A stretch of 51,073 nt of DNA from Dirinaria sp. TL-2023a (GCA_051941275.1 JAVEBF010000021.1:1-51073); one strand, 5' to 3'; numbered from the stretch's first letter, positions 1-13,016 are shown. A program made the numbers and translations. The notes: generated by a model not told the origin, from the sequence alone.

Positions 1-560
1 TATCTATTGTAATGATTTTTCTAGCGCTCTGTAAATGATAACTGCATACTCAATTATATCTACTACTCTGCGCGGAATATTACGAGCAGATATTTCATTT
101 TCAAAACGACTTATCAATAATGACACACTTACAGATGCTTAAGAGTAAATTACATTTAATTAAATGAAACGTTTAAATCAAATTGAAATATTATTTATTG
201 TTAAAATGTTTAAAAACAGGATCAATTACACTCTACGCGACAGTCTCATTAAGTAACTCACAATTGAGCTTTTTATTTCGTTCAAAACAATTTATATTTC
301 TTTGTATATGAGTATCGTACACAAAAAAATAAGAAACGTGTCAAAAATAAGTTTGCAAAAGCGTAAAAGACAATAAAGACAGCAGAAAAACGTTGAAAAG
401 AAAGATAATAAAACGAGCGTTTGAAATTATGAAAAAAGCTTTTTCGCAATTGGATAAAGGTAGTCAGAGAACACAACAAGCGACTAGATAACAGTGAGTG
501 CAAATATCATAGTGTATAAGTCTAAATCAGAGATATAATAGAATGTAGTATATGCGACGG
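1..560. mobile_element. AT-rich degenerate repeat/transposon relic (RIP-like), family not identified
   Basis: Strongly AT- and TpA-rich with stop-riddled frames; abrupt switch to balanced GC at about 555-600. Confidence 0.55.
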
Positions 561-996
561 TGTGGGTGGGGACCCCTAGGAGCAGAGCGACTAGGGGGTG
601 CGCCGGTTACAATTCAAGCTCTCGCGCGTGACGATTTCTTCGCAACCATCCTCGTCCCTCTCAAGCCGTAGGCATTCGCTTACCTCTACGATCCAGTCAG
701 TATGGCGAATCAGGATCAAACTCCACAGAGCCATGGCTCCTCGACCATGAGGTACAACGACCAAGGCTCAACTCAAACTTGGAGAAGGAATAATGCGCCT
801 GAACGAAATCAACCGGGCTCGAGAAGCTCTGAAGAAAACGCAGAGGCTTTGAAGAGGATGCCATTTATCACTGCGCGCAAAAAAATATTGTCGGCCGCTT
901 CATGCTCAAGCCAAGAACAGCCGCCGTATCGAGTAGAGTACTTTACACTACCGCTTCTCTTGCGTGACCAGCGATCGCTTGGTCAAAGTTCCATGG

Positions 997-1784
997 CTAT
1001 TCATCGTCGTCCTTTCCTTTCTTGCCCTTCTTCTTTCCTCCGGAAGCAGCTCCCTCTTTCTTCTGATGGACTATCAGTCTTGTCCACGACTCCTCCTTGT
1101 CCCACTCGAAGCCTGCCAACACGGGTAGGTCTAGCTCATCATCTTGCTGCATAGACGCATAATCAGCCATCGATCTCTCGCAGTTGGAAGTGCATCTATG
1201 TTTTCTACCTTCTTCTTAAATTGCTTGTAGATGGCGTCCAGTGCATCTTTGATGGTCACGCCCTTGAGGTTCCGTGCGCTGACCTCGAGTCCAAGAGGGA
1301 AATGCAGGTCAATCTTCTTTACTGGCGGATTCGTCAACATTTTCTTAAGTACTTCCTTGTCATCGAGAGACGTTGGAGCGGTATTGAGTTTCCTGATCGT
1401 AAAATTCAGCAAGGACCCAGAGTGAATCAAAGGTGCACGTAGACCTAGCGTAAAGCCGAGGGGAAAGGGTAGCAAGGGGGTTCAAGGGGAAAAGACGTAC
1501 CAATTGAGCTTTTGTGTTTCCTTCGCAATCTCCAATTCTTTGCCCTCCTTTTCTAAATGATGGTCAGTCTTCGTCATGAAGTCATCGGTGCATCGATAGA
1601 GTTCCCTCGATGGCAGGGGAATGGCGGCCTCCTTACCCAAGTCGTTGATGTTGTACACACCAGCTGCACTCGAGCTGGCCCTCCGATGCCCTTTCTTCTC
1701 CTCGGTAGGTGATGATGACAAGCCCGAAACGGCCGAATCGACCTTGCTCAAGTCTGATGGTGCTGCGTCGACGGGAGCGGACAT
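997..1784 (-). CDS. Conserved fungal hypothetical protein (4 exons, basic C-terminal tail)
   Basis: ATG 1784; three GT-AG introns (approx. 1636-1554, 1500-1395, 1209-1150) join MSAPVDAAP...YNINDL / EKEGKELEIAKETQKLNW / KLNTAP...KKIDLHFPLGLEVSARNLKGVTIKDALDAIYKQFKKK / QDDELDLPVLAGFEWDKEESWTRLIVHQKK...DDE; TAG at 997-999. Confidence 0.85.
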
Positions 1785-2029
1785 TGTGGGCTGAGCTCGA
1801 TTGGATTGGATGGGACAGGAGGTCAACCGGGTTATCAACTAGATTGAGGGATCTGAATACTAATATTTATGTTGCGTTCTGGAGGACGGGAAATGGATGA
1901 TGGTGTTAGCAGTTGTGGTCAGGGGCAAGTGAATGGGAAGCTGATGCGGGGTTGGCATGGCTCCTCCAGTCTCGTGACTGTGGGGAAACCTTGATTGCCC
2001 CACACTTTGACCCCTGGAGGGAACTTGAG

Positions 2030-2175
2030 TGAAACCTTAGGTACCTAGAGGTAGGGAAGGTAAGGTACCTAGGGTTGAACTCTTAGGGTTAATACTTGAT
2101 CAAACCACTGCAGGCAAGGTAAGGTACCGTGGTAGCGTGTCCTTAAGGTGCCTCCTTACCTCCTTACCTACCCTG
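2030..2175. repeat. TACCTT/AAGGTA motif cluster in a divergent intergenic region
   Basis: ACCTTAGGTACCTAG, AAGGTAAGGTACCTAGG, CCTTAAGG, CCTTACCTCCTTACCTACC. Confidence 0.75.
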
Positions 2176-3248
2176 CTTAGATAAGTCACTCGGTCCTCCT
2201 CGATCATGGACACACGTAAGATACCTTCGTACCCTCCGTAGAGCACTTTAGAATCATGGGCCAACCGTCAAGGTATGCTTTTGTCGTACTCTCAAAAATC
2301 TCATTTTTAGCCAGCACGCGACTCCCCCAAAGTCCCTCTTTCTCTTCACTCGTGTACCTTCCCTTCACCTCGCTTCTCCTTGTCTCCTCCACCTTGAAGT
2401 CATTGAAGCAGCCTGGCGTGCAAATACTAAGCAGCTATTGGGAAACATCAACGGAGGAAAAAGCAGTGGGGACTAGTTTATGGTGTGTCAAGCGACTAGT
2501 GCAACCAACGACGAGAAGCACCTGCCTGACCTTATCGAACTAGATGGCCAGGAAGACATTAGGTAACGTACGAGTACCAACTCAATAATGTAAACTCTGG
2601 AAAGTAATGTCAATCAACCACCACGACGAACCCCTGGTAAGGTAAGTTGCTCTACTGTCCAGGGCGCAGGTCCCGCGTCTTCATTGGCCATTTCAGTCAC
2701 TTAAGGCCGTAGCATTCGGAAGGTTAATCCGTCTCTCCGTACAGCACACCAGATCGCAACACGACCGAGGCGGACATACCTTATGTACTTTTTACTTGTT
2801 AACACTACCTTACCTTACTTGGACCAACTTACCTTACCTAAGATTCTTAGTGCATCAAATGCCTGGAAGCGGAGGATCAGCCGTCGAGCCGAGCCAGTAG
2901 TCTGGAACAAAAAAGTATCAACCGCGGATTGTATTATTGAATCAAGGTTACCTTAGGGTATCAACCAAATACTGTACAGTCGCGTGCAGATCTGATCCTT
3001 CGCGCGACGAGCACCATAATGCCTCCTATAGCGCTATGTTCGCAGAGGGCGATGACGTCTTTCCGAAAAGGCCGTGCAAAGAGCTCGACGGTCACATTTC
3101 CTATCGATGACAGAGAAATCCTTAATTCCCACCTTTCTTTTGATTTCCTGCCTTTCAAGATCGAAAGCGCTCTAGAAGGTAACCTCTCGGGGATTTTTTC
3201 CGACTGTAGGCTTACCATTCCAAACTCCCTCTAAGCCCGTAGACCGGT

Positions 3249-5008
3249 ATGGCGAGCAGTATAGAGTACTCAAACGTCAACGATCGTACTGCAACGCGAC
3301 GTAAGAGGGAGCGATGGTGGTTTGCGGAGCTTCTCGCCTGGCTGACGAGCGCTCTGATGCTGGCAGCTATTGCGATTATACTTCGAGCTTACGACGGGAA
3401 GCCCAAGCCAACGTTACGAGGGGGGATTACCTTGAATGCTCTTGTTGCAGTCCTGGTTAAGATTGGGACATCCTTCATGATCGTTCCATTGTCCGCTGCT
3501 CTGGGTCAGTGGAAATGGAACCGCGTCGGCGGCGTAGAAAGGTCTCTTGGAGAGTTCAGCGCCATTTCTGATGCTACCCAAAGTCCTTGGGCCAGCATCA
3601 AGCTGCTCTTCCGCTTTCATGGAGGGTAAGTTGTCTTTTGAAAGTCTCGTCAAAAACTCCGAAGATAGGGCTAATGGTAATTAGGGCCGTCGCTGCGGTT
3701 GGAGCTCTCTTGGTGCTCTGCATGCAGGCTGTCGAACCGTTCGTCCAGCAAACAATCAAGTATCCATCTTTACAGACTGCTATTCAGGTTCCAGCAACTT
3801 TGCCTATCTCGAATCGCCTACAGTTCCAGACTGGACAAGAGGGATTAGACGCTCCTCCAGATTTTGCCACCAAAGCAGGATTCTACAACGGCCTATTTGG
3901 TACCGCGTCACCTGGAAGATACGCTGTTACACCTACCTGTACTGGGGTCAAATGCACATGGTCGGATTATTATACTCTTGGCTTTCGCAGTTCTTGTGTT
4001 AACATCACCCACCGAGTACGGATGAATAATTTTACTGACAAACAGGGCGCTCCCCAGACCAGGTACAGCTTGCCCAATGTTACTCTGGTGACCCCTGGAA
4101 CTGATACAGGAACGGGCACGTACGTCTATAATGCATCCTTCAGTGGAGGCGATTTCGGCGCTTCAAACAAGGCAAACACTTTCAGCTCTTCATTCAACAT
4201 CACTTTCCTGGCGGTCTTGGGCTATACGACGCATGAAAACTCCACACATAATAGTGAACCCGTTGTTCTCAGCACATCACATACGCTACCTGTTGCTGAT
4301 TCGTGTACTTTGCAACTTTGTGTTAAAAAGTTCACAGATGCTAGCTTCTCTAATCATTCACTAGTTGAGAATGAAGTCCCGGATCCAGGCCTGGGCGACG
4401 ATTTTCTGGCTTCAGTCCAACCCCCGGGTACGAAACTGAACTTCTCGGTAGATGTAGCATCCTGGGGCGGACTTTCCGATTGGCTCGATTCCGCCCTGAC
4501 GGGAGGGTATGTCGACAATGCTGCTTCCGGTGAAAATTACAAAGCATCTGCGGATGCTCGCGATGCTGTCTACCAGACAATGATAGGTGGACGGGATGGC
4601 ATTTCATTAGAATCGCTATTCAATAATGTGGCCGATAGTCTGACACAGGTGATGCGCATGGCAAACGGGCCCGGGCCACTTAATGGAATCGTGGATGGGA
4701 CTACCTACGTCACCGAGACGGTAGTCCAGGTTCAGTGGAATTGGTTTTCACTGCCATTCGTCGTGGTGGGCCTCATACTTCTCTACCTGCTTGGAATGAT
4801 GCTATCGAGTCTTGGGACGCCTACCTGGAAAGACCAGACTCTTGCGACACTCTGTCATGGGCTCGATGAAAAGGCAATGGCAGCTGTTGCGGCATTGCAA
4901 AGATCTACAGCGATGGAAGCCGAAGCCAAGAAACTCCAGATAAGGCTTATCACTGACCAGAAGGGCTCAAGGCTCACAACAATGTCTATACCACTAGCGG
5001 ACCGCTGA
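3249..5008 (+). CDS. DUF3176-family membrane protein
   Basis: N-terminal WW-E...YDGKP...TLNAL...LGQWKW...D.tqSPW.S pattern; intron 3626-3684 (GTAAGT...GCTAAT...TAG) joins the two ORFs in frame; Cys-containing lumenal region and C-terminal TM segment VQWNWFSLPFVVV. Confidence 0.85.
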
Positions 5009-6868
5009 CCAGAACGGAAGACTTATCTGCGGATAGACGTGCCCCAATCCCAGCCAACTCCCGTCCCCTCTACAAGGCTCTTCGGAATACCTGCTCAGCT
5101 TAAAACTTTACAAGCCAACAATTGCTACAGCGAAGATCAATCCAAATTTCTGAAAAGCACGCAAGTTTTGTTTGAGCACATGACATAAGGCTTTTGGCTT
5201 TTTCCAAAGTGCTAGAAACATGTCTTAATCTGAGGGGGCCTATTATCAAGCACTTATGTCCAGAGAAAAAGAAACGGCTTCCTCTTGAGCTGCCAATTTG
5301 TTCAAAGGATCACCGCTAGCAGTCATCAGTGGTGGCTAGACGGGGAAGCGCACCAAAACGCGCGCAAAGATTTAATAAGGCCTAACTTTGGTATCGCCTG
5401 TCGTCGATAGAGGTTATTTTTCGCAAAGCAGTCGTCGAAGGAGGATTGGAAACCTACTCCGCGACCGGTTGCAGATTCCATCGCCCTTGCTCCTGGAATA
5501 CCCTGGGTGTCAGCTATATTGTAATGCGTCTTTCGACGTCTCCCTCGTTAAATATTGAACCTTTACGTCCAGTCTAAATCTCGGACGAGCAGAATGCTCG
5601 CGAATGACAGCATTGAGTGCTGGTATTCTTACATTACCAATTATTTGAGAATAATTTCGGCATACGTTACAAATTCCAATATACTGTCTCTCTGACTTGA
5701 ATGCACACACAACAATAATGATGCCGACCAGAGTTATATTTTGCCACCATTCTTTAAGACGAGAGAGAGCGGGCTCTCGAAGCGTCCTCCATGAACAAGA
5801 ACTAGAGAGAGCTGTGTCTTATACATAGCGGCGTAATTTCGCATCTATATATTCTCATACTTTTGTTCTAGCCAGGACTGTGCCCCTTTATTATATTCCA
5901 GGAGAAAGGAAGGCAGAGAAGCCTTCTTCCCTGTGGATTTCGATCACCCAGCAGCTAGCAGCAAAACGAAGACCAGACTGACCTTCTCGATTCGCTCGGT
6001 TTCTAGGAGTAAATGTTAGAATTTCATACCCAGGCGTCGCTGTCGGAGGAAGTTCAAGAAGGTAGAAAGAAAAAAAAAACCCCCATTTCACTCCCGACTT
6101 GGTATATATTCTGCAGCAAGGAAACCATGTTTGTAGGTGATGTCCGTCTGCTATTCACCGTATTGCGAACGGAGAGCATCACAAGTCCTCATCGCGCAAT
6201 AATTTAAAGGCAATGGAACGAGCTTGGATCCCAATTAAGGGTGTCTTGGTGATTGCAAAATGTTACATTGGGCTTATGTACACCATTCCACCTCAGCCCA
6301 CACGCATCCCTTAGCTTCCAAGTCACCTCCTTCGTTTCCCCTTTCCCCTCTCCACAGTTATCCTACAAGCCTACCTAGCATTGCCGTCGCACCCCCAATC
6401 CCCATTTCCTACTTCCTCTATGTTTCCTCTATTCATCTTCGGACGAGAAACTAATGGCAAAGTTTTATCCGAGGTGAAGATTTTTAACGTATGATCCGTG
6501 TCCTCAACAATGGAGATATGTTGGCTATTATCTCGCCAACACAAGTTCCTGTTTCCATGCAGCTTCTGCTTCTGGCGGAGGGGAGAACGAGACATCATCA
6601 TCGCCCCCAAACCTTAATCCTGCAAACTGAAAAGATACAAAATGGCCTGAAACGAGCTCGTGGGCCGGATACGAATACCTGTGCTAGGCTTTTCGATAAA
6701 TTGGTGAAAGTGCCGGTGTGCTTGGAATCGCCCGCGGTGGTGGGTCTGAACAATGATGATAGATTGGTGACCCATTCCGGTTGAGAGTATGAAGCTGCTG
6801 TGACAAGTTTAATTTGACGATCTTACCTGACCACTTCCGATGCTGGCAACAGGTATCAACTGTGCCTC

Positions 6869-8452
6869 TCATTGATCCTTGATCCTCTTTTCCTGGGCAT
6901 ACTCATTGAAACGACCATCCTCCCATAGGTAATCATCCGCCAAGTCCAACGCCCAAAAGCTCGATTTGCTGTCCGCCTTGCCATTTCGGTCTTCTTGGTA
7001 CTGCCCGTAGTCCTCCTCATCATCATCCACCTCTGCTATCTCTTCTACCACGAGCTGGTTTCCTTCCTTGGGCCCAAAGCCGTACCCTAGGTATTTCCTG
7101 GCTCTCTGCATCCTATCTTCTTTTCCCCGCTGTACTTCTCCAGGCCCGGCAATTTTCTCCCAGTCATTCTTGTGCAGCTTGCGCCACGCATAAAGCCGCT
7201 TCCGATACTCTGCCCAGAGATCCGGGTCAGCAGGGATGTCTTCGAAGAATTTGGAATTATCATCGCCCCAATCCAGGTGAATCACGTAACATGGCAATAT
7301 CTGCGCTTCGTGGAAGACAGTATATTCCTGGTCGTTAAATGCTCTATGTGAATTTGCCTTTCCAGCCGCGTAGCCCTTCCCCCGCCAGTTGTCGCACCTT
7401 TTGAGATGAGCCGTTGCTCCCATCACGGTCGCGCAGACGATGAGTTTCAACCCGTCATACTCGTTGGGCTTGGTAGCACGAATACCTCCATCTCTAGCCG
7501 AACCGGCGTACGAGAGGGAAAAGGCCGCCGAAGGCGAGGAATAGATACCGCGGCCGTAAGTGCTGCCACAGCGCGTTCCATGGGTTTTGCCAGTGAGAAA
7601 ATCGTTGGCACCCGGCATGAGAAAGCCTTGACGGACTATGGACGGAACGAAATCCCGTCTAGTACCGTGGAAGGTTACTTGAGGCGTGACGAGGTACGTG
7701 ATGAGGTCTTCCTTGCGCTGGCTCTTCCCGTGCATTTTGGTTTTGATTGCAGGGAGCATACAAGTCTTCAGGTCTTGCACGGAGAACTCATGGAGCTGCT
7801 GCCGGACGACATCTTGCCGGTCGTAGAATCGTCGAACCAGATCATTGCGCAGGACGTTCTCGACATGCAAGACTCGGAACTCGGTTGGAAGGTCGGCACA
7901 GATCTCTTCAGGAGTGCTGCCAAGGATAGAGTTGACGGTAACATCTCCTGTGAAAGCCTTGAGAGAAATTTCATGTTTGCGGTCTGACAGAGTTTCACTC
8001 TGTGCGTGAGCAGCAGATAGTCCTTGCAAGGATGCAAGATTTAGCCGGAAGGATTTCAAGTACTCTGCGGTCTTGGATGCTAGATGCAGACTGGTCATGG
8101 CGAACTCGAATCGTCCATAGGCATTTGACGCGCGATCTTTCCAAGCGTCGAGCGTATTAGTTCCGCTATCTGTAAGAGCTATCTGTCGCAAAGCTACCCT
8201 GAGGGCATCAATCACAAGTCGAGGCAAACTAGCATTTTCGACGCGGTAAAAAAGGGGCTCTGCAGGGTATCTAGCCCCGGTCTCGATGATCAATTTCATC
8301 TCAGGGTAGTTGAAGGTAAAGCCATCCAGAAGCTCAGAATCCCATCTCTGCTCCCCACCCAGCAAATTTGCAGCGACGAGCGCATCGATCTCCTCCTCGC
8401 GTAGCAGCCTAAGCTCTAGGAGCTCATCTTCTGCGAAAAGAGTGTCCGCCAT
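6869..8452 (-). CDS. PARP-type ADP-ribosyltransferase domain protein with RWD-like N-terminus (527 aa, intronless)
   Basis: ART motifs VTFHGT, GSTYGRGIYSSP, LIVCATVMG and QEYTVFHEAQILPCYVI (H-Y-E triad); N-terminus EEEIDAL...YPAEPL resembles an RWD domain (helix plus YPxxxP-like turn). Confidence 0.8.
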   Translation of the reverse strand: MADTLFAEDELLELRLLREEEIDALVAANLLGGEQRWDSELLDGFTFNYPEMKLIIETGARYPAEPLFYRVENASLPRLVIDALRVALRQIALTDSGTNTLDAWKDRASNAYGRFEFAMTSLHLASKTAEYLKSFRLNLASLQGLSAAHAQSETLSDRKHEISLKAFTGDVTVNSILGSTPEEICADLPTEFRVLHVENVLRNDLVRRFYDRQDVVRQQLHEFSVQDLKTCMLPAIKTKMHGKSQRKEDLITYLVTPQVTFHGTRRDFVPSIVRQGFLMPGANDFLTGKTHGTRCGSTYGRGIYSSPSAAFSLSYAGSARDGGIRATKPNEYDGLKLIVCATVMGATAHLKRCDNWRGKGYAAGKANSHRAFNDQEYTVFHEAQILPCYVIHLDWGDDNSKFFEDIPADPDLWAEYRKRLYAWRKLHKNDWEKIAGPGEVQRGKEDRMQRARKYLGYGFGPKEGNQLVVEEIAEVDDDEEDYGQYQEDRNGKADSKSSFWALDLADDYLWEDGRFNEYAQEKRIKDQ

Positions 8453-9250
8453 AATGAAATTGAAGGAAAAGTCGGTAATGCTTGAACAATGCGACAGGAT
8501 GATTTACAAGGATCACTCAACGGTTTTTTTCTTTTTGCTTTTAGGAAGAAAAATTCCGGAAGTCTGGAGCAATTCAATGTGACGCGACACAGTACATAGA
8601 GAAGAAGATATGGAGGGAAAGGTTACTCAAAGGGTATCTATTCGCATCTTGTCCGGCGCAAAACGGTGTGAGTCATTGTCAGTAACAAGGGTCACTCCAC
8701 ATTGCGCAAATCGATGTGATGGGAGAACGTCGGATAGCAAATGGCAAAGAGCAAATCAATGCATACAAACGAGAGAGAGGCTGTGCTTTGTATCTACTTT
8801 CCTTATCCAATTTGGGCGAACTTTTGGGATTACGATTGTCTCAGGTAAGATTGATGATAATAGTATATTACCTTCGGCTTGACTTGAAGATAAGACTGGA
8901 TGGCGGAAGGTCCCCTGTGTTATTTCACAGCCACTAGACAATTCACGCCAAAACAAAAAACAAACCCTAAATGAAATCGAGGCTTTGCAGCATCGCCTGC
9001 TCGAGCCATTGAATGGCCAGGTCATTGAAAACGAATCTCTCAACAGGAAAGGCCAAAGTATGCGTGGAAAATCCTCTTGAGGTTTCCGTCTCTTGAATGG
9101 CTGTTTACGAATTTCTTTCTGGTTTACTCCCCTACTATCGTAGACGGATTCTGGAGCTTCATAAAGAGGTACTCGTATCGCTCAACGCCGTCATGGTACA
9201 CTACCAAAGCGCAACACTGTTTCCTCCTAATGCACTCCACCTGGAACCCT

Positions 9251-10316
9251 CTATGCAGAACTTAGCAGATCCTGAACGCTCATACTTCGCCCACTGGGCG
9301 AAATACCCTTGGGATTCCTACGGTCTTTGTTGAGCATCAGGAGCGCAGCGGTGGCCTCATGATCTGCGTCATGCGCACTGTTAGGAAGTATGGTTGGAGA
9401 CGCCGATGCCGAGTGAGCATAACTAGACTGATATTGATTGGGGCCAAAGGCAGGAGAGGGCAGAGTCGCTACAGAGGATGCATAAGACGAAGTCGTGTGG
9501 ATGGCTGAAAGTGCGGGAGAATCCGAGACTGAACAGGTGCTGCGATGCGTAGAAGCCGAAACCGGGGTTTCTGTGGACGTGTCTTCCATTTCCTGATCCT
9601 CATCGATCTCGTCCTCCTCTGGATCACTATGATCTTCTTCGGCTGTGGAGGTCGCGAGCTTAAGAGTCGGCGGAGATGGCTGAGGAACTGACGATTTTGC
9701 GGTTTTGAGATTTGAGACACATTGCTCAAGATAGCGGAGGTACTCAATACCTGCCTAGCTACTATATCAGTGATGTCTCAGTGTCCCATCATTAGCGTCT
9801 TATGTGTACCGATAATATCGCTAGCTTGTGCATCTCCTGATCTTTGCATGCGGGTATCATGTTTTTGAGTACCGCAAATTCCTCGTTCATCTTCGATCTG
9901 CGCCTACGCTCTATCACGCTGTGTGCAGTCTTTCTCGCCATCTTCTTTCCAGCCACGCTTGTTGAGCTCGGCTGTTTCTTCGCTGCAGTAGTCGATAACC
10001 CAGTAGCGGCTTTTCTGCCAGAAGCTTTCGATACAGGATTTTGCGTGATGACGGCCTCCGAGGCCTTCCGTGATGGAGGAGGCTTCATCTGTATGATCTT
10101 TCGGGATCGAGTGGGCGGAGGAGGTAAGGAAAAGTCTGCCTTCCCAATGGCTGGCCGGATTGGCTGTGGCCTCGAGCTACGGCCATTGCTGCTTGCTGCG
10201 GCTATTGTAGGCGAAGGCAACGCAAAAGCCTCTTCGCAAGCGGCAGGTAATTCGTCATCTTTGCTGGCAATGTCCGCTGACGAAGCTGGGGTAGGCGGCA
10301 ATTGCGCCCGTGTCAT
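9251..10316 (-). CDS. bHLH transcription factor
   Basis: RKTAHSVIERRRRSKMNEEFAVLKNMIPAC...MHKLAILS; intron 9809-9755 joins to AGIEYLRYLEQCV; ends MSVQDLLSSA. Confidence 0.9.
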
Positions 10317-10859
10317 GGTGGACGAGGCCTGAGTCCGATCAACAGTCAAAGAAAAAACCGGGCTATCGCTTCGGTTCTACGGATGGACTGAGGACGATGA
10401 GAGAGCAGTTAGATTTGTTCATCCGAGACCACGGCGTACCAAGAGGAACGCGGGAAATCGATGCTGAAAACGCGTTAGCAAAGAGAGGGGAGAGCTTGGA
10501 GGGCTCCGAAGAAGGCGGGATGAAGTCCATGGTGAAAAGGTAGAAAATTCACAAGAATTCCTGGTTGATGAATTGAATGCAGTCGACAGTCGTGTCGCGT
10601 GCCTCGTGGCCGATAAAGATGATCTGATTCGTCCCCCCCTCCATCCCCGGCATCTGGTGGCAGCAAAAGCGAGGCAGGCTCGGCAGGCTCGGCAGGGTCT
10701 TTTCTTGGCCTTCACATGTCGGGTTGACAACTGTGAACCTGAGACGGGACCTGAAATATTACCATTTTCCATCTAATTACACCATTAACTGTTGCGACGA
10801 CTGTCCTTGAAGATTGAAGAGGTTCTTTGGAGGAATTTGGCATACTTGGAGATCGGTAC

Positions 10860-11060
10860 TCGAACCCTAAGTTACCTATTAATAGGGGAATAGAAGGTAA
10901 GTTATGCCAGGTGGCTAAGGTAGGTAGGTACCTGAGGTCAGGTATGTACTGCATGTAGGTACCTTACATTACTGCGCCTTACAATGATAATTACATGTAC
11001 CTTACTTTATCTTACTGTATCAAGGTCACATTACCAAAGGTAGTTACTTACCTAGGTAGT
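10860..11060. repeat. TACCTT/AAGGTA motif cluster in a divergent intergenic region
   Basis: TAAGGTAGGTAGGTACCTGAGG, AGGTACCTTAC, TTACTTACCTAGGTAG. Confidence 0.75.
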
Positions 11061-11190
11061 GAATGAAACGCGGAAGCGGAACTAGACTAAGCCATATCCG
11101 CCATTCTCGATTGGGCTGCAACGCTTCGCCTTACCTCACTTCCCAATCGCCGGGGCTTCCATTATTCACTTCATCACCCATTCACTCTGT

Positions 11191-12366
11191 ATGAGCAACT
11201 CTTACACCGCAACAATCACCCAAACTTTGGAAACTTCCCATCATGGGCAAACACCAAGTGAGCGCCACACAAACGACATGGAATTCGATCCTTCGACTTC
11301 GCGCGAACCCAACGATAAGCACAAAGATCCAGACCTCATGGATACGACCTTAGATTGCTCCGCAAATGGCGAACAACACCAGGATGACCTGGAGCATTTC
11401 AAAAGTATGGCGGGCGCCGTGCAGGCCGAACACGCCGAAGCGCCTGCGCAGATACAGGAAGGTGGCAAGACTTCCAGCATGGCGGAGCGAAGTGGTAAGC
11501 TTCTTCTGCTGGGTGTCTCACATTGCTTTGCAATCTGTGTTGACATGAGGCTCCTGGGTAGCTCAAGTTCCGCTCAGACCATATCTCACCCAAGATCTGC
11601 TATCGCTCTTCGGCCTCCAGTCACTGGTCGCCAGCGTCGCAAGGACTGACCCGGTGACGGGCGAAAAGATCAACAAAATGCGAAAGTCGTACGAAGGAAA
11701 GGTGAAGACTTTCGGTCTTGCAGGGCGGAATAAAGCAGTAAAGCATGAGGCCAACACCCAGATGAGCCTGCTAGAAATGGTTCGATGGCCGGAAGAGGAG
11801 TGGCACAATCAGAAAGTGGCAGGCAAGGATGTCGAAAATGGTCTCTCGGACGCGACAAAGACCAAGGTTCACAAAGCAATGCAAATGCAGCCGGGCCAAG
11901 TACCGAACAACAGTCACTGGGAAGAGTTGCTCGGCTACGAAAAACCGAAGACGATATCCTTAGCAGCAGAGACAAAGCCAAAATCTTCGAGCACAACGGG
12001 CCCAACTGGACAGATTAATGGTGCTGGTACAGTGGTATCGTCCGCAGCAGGTTCAGAAGCAATCCGGCCGAAGCGGATGGGTAGGAAACGACGCTACGAC
12101 GACTTGAGCTTCGAAGGATATGGCGAAGGGTATGTGGATGACGAAATAGACGTTGGTGAAGCGGATGGCTACTCATCTGGAGATGGAGACCGGAGACCTA
12201 GCATTGCGAAGAAGCGGAAAAAGGTACAGTCACTCCTGAATTCATCGCACCCTCCTGCTTACGTGCCTAGTCTTCCAAGGACTTTGGAGCTACAAGCCCA
12301 ACCATCAGTGACCGTGGCGGTAGCTACGGCGTTGGTATGATCGGCGTAGGTGGCTATGGCCGATGA
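11191..12366 (+). CDS. MED19: Mediator subunit Med19/Rox3
   Basis: QDLLSLFGL..LVASVARTDPVTGEKINKMRKSYEGK motif after an intron near 11514-11560; second intron approx. 12223-12279; last exon ends GVGGYGR, TGA 12364-12366. Start codon less certain. Confidence 0.85.
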
Positions 12367-13016
12367 CCTAGTGTTGACTAGGGACCGATGCCCTGCACTA
12401 CTAAAAGTTCTATATCCCCAAATATACCCATATTTCGATCTCCACAACACTTCTCTTACGGCCCCCCAACTGCGTATTCACATCTACCTCAAACCCGGAT
12501 TCTAGACGATACTTCCAGAAGGAATCTTGAGGAAATGACAGCACTAACCGCACAACGGGATCGGACATACTCCGAATCTCGCATGGACTACGATTTGGGT
12601 ATACCCGCATGAAAGCTTTGAGCAGCCACTCAAAGTACAGGCGTATTCGGGGTCCTGAAGGGAGAAATTTCAGGCGTCTTAGGAGACTAAATTACCGCGC
12701 TCCGAAGAAGGGAGATATTTGCTGACTGGGGTGTATTTATTCTGTTTAGGGGGCTCGTTGTGCAGTGCGAGAGCATGCGTACGGAGCGCTAGGGTAGCGA
12801 AATCCTTTGGCGTACAGCGTATCATCTCACTTCGGCGCGAAAGTCCCTTCTGGTTTCAAGCAGTGAGCTCTTTTCGCGCTTGACATTTTGCCTCTGCCTC
12901 CTAATGAAATCCAACACCATCAACGTTAAACCCTGTCTTAAGCTACGGTCACAAGCATGAAGCTACCGATTCCGATCCAAAATCAAGCAAATGAACCAAC
13001 GGGTAGGACAGTTTCG

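Noticed and set aside
702..1154. 150-aa plus-strand ORF
   Set aside because: Its 3' part is antisense to the last exon of the well-supported minus-strand gene and it has no recognisable motif; a short orphan gene cannot be fully excluded.
5009..6868. Hidden gene in the 1.9-kb convergent spacer (ORFs of 62-97 aa)
   Set aside because: No domain motif and no consistent exon chain could be built by eye.
7406..7987. Long antisense ORFs (also 9844-10332, 35887-36405, 47183-47551)
   Set aside because: Shadow frames of well-supported genes on the opposite strand.
10673..10697. GGCAGGCTC tandem repeat (about 3 copies) upstream of the bHLH gene
   Set aside because: Short slippage repeat with no other evidence of function.
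11044..11056. U1 snRNA 5' end-like TACTTACCT
   Set aside because: Not followed by U1 stem-loops or an Sm site; it is one word of the local AAGGTA/TACCTT cluster.
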